Part shown: positions 53,421 through 64,000 of the stretch, piece by piece
Position numbering within the stretch: position 1 is the stretch's first letter
How the letters are laid out: each line of letters starts with the position of its first letter
Assembly (NCBI RefSeq): GCF_006345805.1
Contig: NC_043002.1
Span: forward strand, 116,312,001 to 116,376,000
Direction of reading: 5' to 3'
DNA from: Octopus sinensis
Taxonomy: Eukaryota
Length of the DNA stretch: 64,000 nucleotides
Made by a program: the position numbers and the translations under genes
Notes under the pieces: model-generated
The model's database searches: none
What the model saw: only the letters and a program-made list of their open reading frames with translations
Told to the model about the DNA's origin: nothing

Positions 53421-56376
53421 AGAAAACATACGCTTTAAGTATAAGATGTCCGTAATGCGTGCCCTAGTAGAACTACTATTTCAAAAATTGATTTCGTATA
53501 TCTATTCATTTGAACACTACTACTTATTATTATTATTATTATTATTATTATGAAAGCGGGGTTCTTGATTGTAGTGCTGAGTTTTCTTCTCACTTCATTG
53601 TAAAACATATATTTCTGAGGAACTTATAGTGAAGAATATTGAACCACAATCCTTTAGAAACAGTCGTCAGTTTGCTCCCTAAGTTTTTAATCAGATATCA
53701 AATTATTTGCCATCTAACTTGTCAGTATCTTCAATTATATATATGAATATATCTGGTTTCTAACCATTAAGTAAGCTCCGCTTATTTCAAAGAATACTTA
53801 ACATTATTATTAGGACACCACTGTAATTATTAGATAGTTTCTGGAAATAATTTACACATTTCCAGGCGGTACTGCGCAGTGTAATGAAGGAAACAAGTAA
53901 AAGAATGAAAGAATCTTTATTATAGCACAACGAAACTGAAATAAACTAGCCATAAAATCGTTTTAAAATTACATCACATGTTACTTAAGCCATCTATGGA
54001 AAACAGTTTTACATCATCTGAATGAAATTAGCCATAAAACTGTTTTTGAAGATCTAAAAATAAATCAATTATAATTTCTGTGGTTCAGTTCATAGCTTAG
54101 TAAAATGAATTCTTTTTCATTTTTCGTAACAGTTTACCATGTTGTAATCAGGCATCAATGACTAATCAGTAAAATTATTTGTCAAAGAATTGGTCAATCT
54201 AACTGGTAACGAGTAATTTGTTTACAAGTATGGTTGATGGGCAAAAGGCTCTATTTAAATGTTTTGAAAGTGCTAGAAAAAACAGTCAATTACCCCTCAA
54301 ATTACGTCCTACCGTTCTAAAAATAACAAGATTACAGTAGATTACGCAGTTTTCAATGTGCCATTTCTAAACTTTTGGTCATTGGTTCGAGCTGGTCTAA
54401 TGCTAAATAATAATAATTACAATAATTATAATAAAATCTTTTAAACGTTGATTTCTAGGCGAAAGAAATCATTGCCCTTATGTTGTAGTAGAGCTTTCTC
54501 TGATAAAAAAAAACTTAGAGAAGATTGGGTAATCCACATTTATTTAATAAAAATTTCGAATATTGAGCTCATTATATTGTAGATCCCTCAGATAACGGCC
54601 CTCAGAATAACATTTGTCATTTCAGAGTGGTCTTGTAAAGTTAGATACTATCTGTTTGTTACAGGAAGTAAGTTACAGAACCACATTGATCAAAAACACT
54701 TTCAGCTTTACAAACCAAATGGTGTCATCAGTCGTAAAACCGACAGCGACATCAATTATGATAACTACGTAAGATATAGCACGCACTGTTAGATTAATCA
54801 TAAAGAACACAGAAAAAGTTTGAACAACTGCACTCTTAGTTGCATCAGTTGAAATTCCTATATTAATCATAAAATCCCTAGCCAGTCATCATGATACGAA
54901 TAATTATAGCTATATCGTCTCAATAACCTCAACTTTCATAACAGTAACGGTTACATTGTGGAATGTATTTAGTCCATATCCTTTGTTTTTTGTCTTTCTG
55001 GGGTTGATAAAATAAAATACTAATCGAATACTAAGGTAGATAATCGACTGTTCTTATGCCCAAATTTCTGGTGTCCGCCTCTATTTGAATGGGTTGTTTA
55101 CCGTACTATAGTCACATCAATCACAGTAATCATCTAAACTTCAAAAAACACAACAACTTCATTTAGAACAGTTACACACCGATAGCAACATTTACAGACA
55201 CAACATACTTTCCACTAGAATAGAAGTGAAGTTTATGAACCCTTAATTAGATATTTTTGTAAGGAAAAAAACTGAGTTGCTCAAGCCACAGCTTTAAATT
55301 AGTGGTGAGGATGAAAAACTAAATGACTATTTATTGACCATAACTTTGTATAAACCGGATTATAACCTGAATTACTCAATTTATTAGAAAATAATAGGAC
55401 ATTTTGACCTAAAGTATAAGCCAGAATTGAAAGCAGATAAAACTTCGGTGACTATATAGCTTCTTGTCAATCGCAACTAGACAAAAGTGACTACTATGAT
55501 TTTCTGAGGTTTGTTTCATACGAGAAACATTTATACTCACTTATGTATATTACCAGAATTTATTCTATTTAACTGGATAAACCAGAAAACAAAGCAAAAA
55601 GAAAAACAAAATAAACTCTAAAAAAACAAAACAAACAAAAACAAAAGATAAACCTAACATGAAGTTTGTTCAAATGGGAAATTAATCTAAATCTATGAAT
55701 ATGGAAAAACCACTTGAGGAATGAGTTTTGTAGTAGACAAGCAATAGAAAAAGAGTTTTATAAAACTTTAGTACTGTACAATAAAACGGATAACAATTAG
55801 TTCTGATAATGAGTATTCAGTTGTATGTTCAAAAGAATGAGCATGTACATGGTTAATTATTTCAGAAGCATGTGTACCTTTAACGTAATTATCAAACAGA
55901 ATGAGCGTGACGATGCGTAGCAAAGTTTGACTTTGAATTATGAGTACAATATTAATCAACAGTTTTACTCAACAATGAAAACAACATTTACAAATTAATT
56001 AATGATATTTTTTTAGAATTTACAATAATGAATTATGATTAGAATCAGAAATGGGCTCATGCATATGATGGCTATGATGCTGGACAAACTCACCAGTCTT
56101 GTTGGCATTTCGTTGTGCGTTGGATTATACATAATTCTGCATAATCACATTTAAGTGTTGAACATGAAAAGAGTACCTGCATACATTTATGTATGTACTT
56201 ATAGATATATCCATAAACATATTTGTGTATATATATAAATGTGTACATGTCTGAGTTTGATCAACTAAAACCCAAAACACTCAAGCATATGTATGCATAA
56301 ATGTGGCTTTACATAAGTATGTACATATGTATATGTATACATACATACTCATACACATGAATACATACACACACAC

Positions 56377-56442
<66 letters not shown>

Positions 56443-56465
56443 ATATATATATATGTGTATATATA

Positions 56466-56498
<33 letters not shown>

Positions 56499-56537
56499 TC
56501 ATATATATAGATATTCATATATATAGATATTCATATA

Positions 56538-56595
<58 letters not shown>

Positions 56596-56865
56596 TTCAT
56601 ATATGTATATATATATATATGTTTAAAAAATATAAATGGATAGAATAATCCCTCGCGTTTATCACTGAGGATTAAAAGAGGGTTGATTTCATTTGACTTG
56701 TATTTCATTCAACTTTGCCACAAAACGGCCCAGGCCCGCGGCAAACATTCCCTAAAACGTAACATATGTCCACGTATTATACAATATGTGAGTGACTGCG
56801 TGTGTGAGCTGATTGCGTGTACGCACACATATTTATGAAATTTATAAGAAAAACAAACAACTTAC

Positions 56866-56989
56866 CAATTCTTAGTTTAAGAATGCTGGAGGATGACGTG
56901 CAGTTTGGTACGAAAGCACAAGCGAAGATATAGCGGTGGAACGATAATATTTGGCAAAAAGTAAGTATATAGAATACGAACGATGTCAT
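56866..56989 (-). CDS. Probable first coding exon of the iGluR (signal peptide)
   Basis: MTSFVFYILTFCQILSFHRYIFACAFVPNCTSSSSILKLRI-G|gtaagt. Hydrophobic N-terminus and a phase-1 donor give LKLRIG-LISVG with exon 40416. An acceptor ttcttgcag| lies 15 nt upstream of the ATG. Confidence 0.6.
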
Positions 56990-57283
56990 GATGGTTAAAT
57001 ATCTCTGCAAGAACTTTATAGTTCATATGAAAAAAGTAGGAAATCCTTTAATAAACACTAAATAGAAGTTCTCCTGGTCAGCTCACTCTTCGATAAATAT
57101 GATTCTTCTTAACTGGATCCCTGTCCGATAATTCAACTTTGAGGAATTTGTTATGCAAATTTGACAATAATAAACTGGACAATTGATTTACTCCGCGTGT
57201 TTTTCATCTTGGATAAAATAATGATAGATTATAAGTGAAAGTAGGAGAAGAGTGAAAAAGGACTAGAAAGTGTGTGTGTGTGT

Positions 57284-57329
<46 letters not shown>

Positions 57330-58009
57330 AGTAGATAGAGAGAAGTATGTTTGTGAGTGTATGAAAGAGATAGAGAAAGGCAGAGTGAGAAAATAAAGAG
57401 AGAGAGAAAGCATAAAGAAATTGAGGGTAGTAGCATAAATAAAAACAAAGCAGATAATTAATAACAAGGACGATTCCAAACGCCAAAGGTGGGTGATAAA
57501 TATTTTAAGAAAATAATATACATATATATGTGTGTGTGTGTTTGTGTGTGTGTATGTGTGTGTATGTATATGTATGCTTGTATGTAGTTGTGTGTGTATG
57601 TAGTCAATCATACAAACACACCCTTAAATGCACACATGTATTGTTCACAGATAGTTCGAAATGAAGATATTAAAATGATATAGAATAATTAAAGTGAACT
57701 TTAAAAGCCGCGTGAATTTCTCTTGTGACTAGTCGAGTGAAAATACTTGGAATTATACATAAGGCGCAACGTACTTTTTAACTCTAGGTTGACATATACA
57801 ATGTTTGAGACTAAACAGGATGCGAGCTTTCCTAAAAATTTATTGATTTCTATCTCACTAAATGCCAACAGAGTAAATATACCACTAATAGCATTAATAT
57901 GTTTTTATAGAAAGTGTTATTGGAGGATGCGATATATACATTTTAGAAAATGTATTTTAACGACCAACATTGCAGAAAATGCTTTCATACTTTATAACAC
58001 AGTGTGATG

Positions 58010-58170
58010 GTAGATGACAGAATCAGTAGATTATCATCCCCTTACGTTTTGTGTTCAATTCCCACTGGCGTCGAATTTTCATTTCATTATTTAAGACTAT
58101 ATAAAATAATACCCCTCAAATACCTGGTCGATATAATCCACGAATTCTTGCCCACCAAAATGTGTGACTT
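58010..58170 (+). mobile_element. Family B SINE, degraded
   Basis: gttcaattcccactggcgtcgaattttcatttcat. Confidence 0.55.
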
Positions 58171-61100
58171 TGCGCATATCATAGAAACTACAATTTGAAA
58201 TTATTTTCTACGAAATTTTCGAGATTCTAATTAAATATCTAACATTTTTTGGTTTTGTCTTTCTAAATTCCGAGTTCAATTTTCACCAATTTTTGCTTTG
58301 CCATTTCCTCCGAATTAAAGACCGATAGGATAAGTATACATTGCCTTTATTCAACTGACAAAATCTGCCTCTGCACAAAACTCTTAACATGAAAATTTAT
58401 AATAGGCCTCTAGTGCAATGTTAAATTTTTTACGATTAAAAAAGACTATTCAATAAGCATGTGCTTAATCTAGTTTACGTGGTTAAAATATTCCTTATTC
58501 AAAACAAGTGCACTTGGGCAACGGAATACACCATCCACATATTGTATAGTTTTAAATGATGCTTTAATAAATAAAAGATTCGTTACTTTCACGTACGTAT
58601 CTGTTACGAACAAGCATTTAACTTAATGTGAGAAGTAAGTATCAAATCAATGTATTTTAATTAAAGTCTCGGAATTTTGGGTTATAAAGAGCACATGACT
58701 TTATAATCCACGAGTTTTTCAAAGATGATTTTTCATAATACATTGAATAAAGTTAAAATTGAATTGTGGCATTAATTATTTCATATACTTTCTGCAAACA
58801 GTTTTAAACAGTGCAGTTACCATCAAATATTCGTAGTCTTCCCTCTTAAAATAGCCAACCTTTCTTGTTTGATACAACTGGAATGAATAGGTCAAACATA
58901 AGCAGGTAATACAAGACATGAGACCAAATTCCAATTATACTTTACTTTGATTTCCATTCTCAGAAATTGATAAAATATATACTTCTTACGTACTGAATTC
59001 AATTTAATATATTAGACAATTCCTCTGCAAATTTGTGACCGTATGTCATTGTGAGAAAGCAACGTTGAAATCTTTACAATTGACATAGAGCTTTCATAAA
59101 GATTCTGAAAACTTTTGCAATAACAAAACATCTTCATTGAGTTTTGAAATATTTACCTTTTTAGTGATCATTCCAAATTAAATTCAATAAATTTTTTAAA
59201 ACGTCTAGCTCCAATATTCACTCTTTCTATGTAGCTGTATCATTTCGAGTAGTTGTTTTATTATTCATTCATTCAAGAAGAGTAATAGATTAAAAAAATA
59301 ATACACTACAAAGTAATTATTTAATTTTGATAATTTCTTTTTGTTAGCTGGAAAATAAATATCCAAACGTGATTCTTTATATAAAGTAAATATGTTTGAA
59401 TGGCATTTCAAAGACTGAATTATTAAATTTCAGTGAAGTCGGCAATATTTTCCTTGAAACCATATAAATATAATCCTTCATGTCACTTTATAAGTACATT
59501 TCTTAAAGTGCCTGTACAAATGTATTGTTTGTCAAATAATAAGTAAAATATTATTCAATAATAGGAATAGTGCTAAGCAACTAACAATCAACTCGGGTAT
59601 TTAGACAAAATATCAAAATCTATTTGATTCACAATCGACAGAAAGAGCTGTCGTTGTTGAAAGAGTGGAATTTAAATTCATTTATATGGGATTTATAATT
59701 TTATATACAGATATATTTATATAAATTTATTCCGCTCGAAAATATTTGTAACTCCTCTCGTTACAATAAACTCATTCATACTCTGTTAAATTTATATTCA
59801 ATATGGCGAACTTGGGAATTTCGGAGTTAGGTGTGGCATAATAATGTCATGACTTAATATAGTGACTGCGATTATAGTTTTAAAGACATTTGTCTCTTAC
59901 TTTTAGGATCTTTCTCTAGGTATTAGTGTTAGCTGTTGGGGTTGTAGAATTTTTAACTCCTGGTATCAACGTACAATCTCTGACTGTATTTTCATGACTC
60001 AGTCAGAGGAGGAGTAACAGTGTCCATGACCTTTTACATGGAGTCCGAGACTGGTGAGAGTAAGAGAGAAAGTTATATTTTCAGTCCGAAGATCGGGGCC
60101 TAATAACTGCAAACTGAACAAACCACGCTAAATGTATCTAAATGCCAGCTAGGAGTGTTAAGTATGAAAGCTATATGATGATATGCATAAATATTGCTTT
60201 GTCATCTAAAAAGTTTATATTATGCATTTGTTAATCACGTTTGTGCAGACTATTAAATATTTCCTTTTCAACTCTGCAAACTATTCCTCTCAAATGTACG
60301 AACTCTACTGTTCCAGTACAAAGGATGCCAAGTGCCAAACATATATTACAATGTACCAAGATGTAGTTTTACTCATATAACATTGTACCCATATGGACAG
60401 TATAAATTTTAGTTATAAATTATTCAAAGTAACAAAACAATGACCCTTGGCACTAGCAAGAGATGAAACAGAAAAAAGCATACAAAAAATCGAATTAAAA
60501 TAAATACACGGAGAATACAGCCTGCATCAAGAATATCTTCCACCCTTTCTATTTATGAGTAAAAACTATTCATTACTGATTCATAGACTATAAAAGTTAC
60601 AAAAGAAGACTTTGTAACAAGTTGAATAAACTGTGTGTGAGCAGGCATGTGCGATTTCGTTAGAGACATCATATAGCTCAGCTTCCTTTTCAGTCTGCAT
60701 GATTATAGAAGACGGGTCTAAGGTTCTTTGGGAAGTTGTGTGTCAACTGAGAAGGAATTTATTTTTTTTCAGTTATAAGAAAATACAGACGGAACTTAAA
60801 AAGAATAAAAGATACAAAACTGAAATCTGAGATATTAAAATATTGTCCCACATGTCAAATACATGATCGCGTGTGTACATACATACGTACGTAAATACAT
60901 AATACATACATACATGCACGCATATATATATATATATTATATACATGTTATATAAATAATTCAATATTCTAAGAGTAACATAATGCTAAATGGTGGTCAT
61001 TTTTGTGAAGAACTTGTAATTTATAGTTAATATCAATGATGCAATTAAGCAATGGAAATTGAATTCAGAGCATAAAGAGCCGGAAGAAATATTGCAAGAC

Positions 61101-62464
61101 ATTCAGCGCTTTACACCAAATCTCAAAAACTTTTTTCAAAAATATTTCCAACAACTTTCTAAAACCTAAAATTATTAAAATGTTTAGTAAATTTAAAATA
61201 AAAATCTAATATAGGAAATTAAAGCGATTTAGCGTGTTTGAATATGGCAGGTATTTTCCAAAGTGTCTTTACTTCTTGAACATTTCGTATCTAGGTGTAT
61301 GTGTGTTCAGAAGAATGAGATTTCCCTCTCTGTTTCTTTATTTTCTTTTCATATGGTATTTATCTAACATTCCCCTTACATATCACAGTTTATTACCTTT
61401 TCCTTTAATCGCTAAATATATTTTGACAGCTTTGAGGCATTCCCTTTATTAATCTGAGCGAGAAAGTTATTTAAATCTACTCCCTTTGAAACCAATCCAT
61501 ATTTATTTGTCTCTTCTGGATAATGGTTAGCTTAAATTAATATTTCTACAATGAAAGACATCTTAAAGAGAAGGTAGTCGGTGTTTTACACGAACAGTTT
61601 CTCTCAGTATTATAATGGAGGAATGAGTATAGTTTTCTAAATGTGAACTTTAAAGAAAAGTTTTTGTCATTGAACGTTAAGAACATTTTTACCATGCTGG
61701 AATTAACGCCAAGTGAGAATGAAAGGGCAAACCATATTATAACATATGTTTTGTTGTTAGCAGTTAGGGATATAGTCAATTTTCACTTTGAATCTTATGA
61801 CTTAAATGCAATTTTATTGTAGGCGCTGTCTTATAAAATACCATTTTATTAGAAGATAGGTTGGATTTTCTCTTGATTGTTCTACTGATTACGTTTATAT
61901 ACTGCTGGTGGGTTATAGGAGTAATATGTGTACATACATACATAAACACACACACACATCCACCGCCCCCACATATTGTGCCAGTATGTCATTTGGATTA
62001 CTGTATGATTTATGGAGATTTCTACGGTGTGAGACTAGTTTTAAGAATATTAACCTTTGTTTATGTTTATAATCCGAAATTTATTTCTTGCTGAGTTATT
62101 TCTTGATAATATATATAAATCTACAAGATTGCACAGATCTGCTCTGGCGTGTGTCCTCATGAATACATAAAAAATGCCCACTTTCTTTACTCAGTCATAG
62201 TTGCAGTAAAAAAATAGTCTTTTTTTTGCATGCCTAATTTGCTTCAATGTTGTTGTCCTTTAAGTTCTGTGGGAATCATGTGCTAAAATGTAGTTTCTTA
62301 GAAACTGAGTGTTAAAAATCCAAGATGTTAACATATATTTACCCTTGTTATTAATACTGTTGTACTATACGGGCAAGATATATGGCCTGAGTGCAAATAT
62401 GCCAATATGCGAGCATTTATACGTATGTGTATACGAATGTATATATGTGTATCTATGTGTTTAT

Positions 62465-62720
62465 GTACCAGGCTGAGTCAAATGTTTCTTCGTATTCCAA
62501 GCTTTCCTTAACAGTTCAAATAAATTACCTACGAAAAGCGTTTATTCATGTAAATATATCCTATGATATTCTATTGTCTGTTACCATCGTTATGCAAGAA
62601 GATCAATTCCACGGTAATACCATTTCGCTGGTTTAGAGGCAAAAAAACATTCCCTGCATCCGTTTCCAACCTCATCCACATTGTTGAACCTCCGTGCAGG
62701 AAATGAGCAATAATTACAAG
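62465..62720 (-). mobile_element. mariner 3' fragment
   Basis: RRFNNVDEVGNGCRECFFASKPAKWYYRGIDLLA, a typical mariner C-terminus. Confidence 0.65.
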
Positions 62721-62859
62721 GTAGTAATCTGATGGTAGGCAGGGTCTTGACGGTAGGCAGGGTCAGGCAGCGCTTCCTCAAGTCTTCATTCATACCAACC
62801 AGATGGTATAAACGTGCAACTGAGCTTTTTGCACGACGATCCCAACAGACATTCTTTTA

Positions 62860-63230
62860 TTCTCTTATTCTTTTACTTGTTTCTCTCATTTGACTGTGGC
62901 CATGCTGGAGCACCGTCTTGAAGGATTTGTTTAGTCGATGGAATCGACCCCACGACTTATTTTTTAAAGCCTAGTACTTATTCTATCGCTATCTTTTTGC
63001 CGAACCACTAACTTACAGGGACGTAAACACATCTGGTGGTGGTAGGGGAGGGACAAACACAGACTCAAAGATATACACATACATAAACATACGACAGGTT
63101 TCTTTCAGTTTCCGTCTACCAAATCCACGAGGCTATAGTACAAGACACTTGCCCAAAGTGCCACGCAGTGTGACTGAACCCGGAACCATGTAGTTAGGAA
63201 GCAAGCTTCTTACCACACAGCCACGCTTGT
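62860..63230 (-). mobile_element. Family A SINE
   Basis: tttcagtttccgtctaccaaatcc..gtgccacgcagtgtgactgaacccggaaccatg..cttaccacacagccac. Confidence 0.85.
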
Positions 63231-63700
63231 GACATGAGTAAGAGTTTTAGTAAGTTGACTATGCAAAAAATCTCCCATCTTCACAGCACTGAAGTTTATC
63301 CTCTGGAACAGCCACCGATTTGATTAGATCGTATATATTGTTGTTAGAACACAAAAACCTAGATCAGATACCGCAAAGAATCTCGTCAAACCTTCGAACC
63401 CACATCCCCGGATTGCTACCTTTTATTGACCCCGGTAAAATGGAAGGGAAAGTGTTGCTAGAAAAGTCCAAATGAATGATATCCTGAATATATATATATA
63501 ACTCCAAGAATGTTAGGGGTTGTGAATCCAACCCACTAAGGGATAATATCTATCCAATATACAGCTGGTAGAATACCCAATTGTTAATACACAAGTGTTT
63601 TTTTATTGCATTACAATTACATTACCGAGTGTACTAAATGGGTGAAGGTAAAGAGATATTTTACCATTAATTTATAGAGCAATAAGAAAATGGAGGCGAT

Positions 63701-63993
63701 CAATAGGTGGTTCATCAACTTTTGGACATTAAAATGTTAACTTATTTATTTATTAAACTGATAATTATAATAACATATTATTCTTTGCATGTAAGATATA
63801 AAATATAAAATATATAAATATATTAGGATACCATGTTTTTTATAATAATTACTGGTATCATTATATATTACTATATTTTATATCTTATATGCAAAGAATA
63901 ATATGTTATATGTAGGTATGTTATTATAATTATCAGTTTAATAAATAAATAAGTTAACATTTTAATGTCCAAAAGTTGATGAACAACCTATTG
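63701..63993. mobile_element. AT-rich foldback/MITE-like palindrome, 293 nt
   Basis: caataggt.gttcatcaacttttggacattaaaatgttaacttatttatttattaaactgataattataataacata is mirrored at 63915-63993, and weaker symmetry continues inward. Confidence 0.8.
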
Positions 63994-64000
63994 TTCTCCT

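Noticed and set aside
55768-55959. ORF with LRIVTL resembling the start of iGluR S1
   Set aside because: Lacks PF/GFxIDL motifs and convincing splice sites.

Overview
AT-rich eukaryotic genomic DNA. The (TA)n/(CA)n arrays and the SINE and LINE content look like an octopus (coleoid cephalopod); this is inferred from repeat content only. The main gene is a divergent ionotropic glutamate receptor (iGluR/IR-like) on the minus strand. I reconstructed 10 coding exons by hand from about 56989 down to 19994 (2359 nt). One stretch of the amino-terminal domain (ATD) is unresolved between 38672 and 27419. Inside that unresolved interval, on the same strand, is an exon-like segment encoding an insulin-family C-peptide plus A-chain (GIVNECCNKVCSNVVVKK*). 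It is truncated before the last Cys, and I found no matching B-chain exon. The rest is transposon debris: Penelope-like elements, two of which are associated with hammerhead-ribozyme-like motifs, CR1 and RTE LINE fragments, mariner and Tc1 copies (one with DD36E spacing), two SINE families, MITE-like foldbacks, a 1.27-kb near-identical tandem duplication, microsatellites and a 100-N gap. All coordinates and alignments were done by eye.
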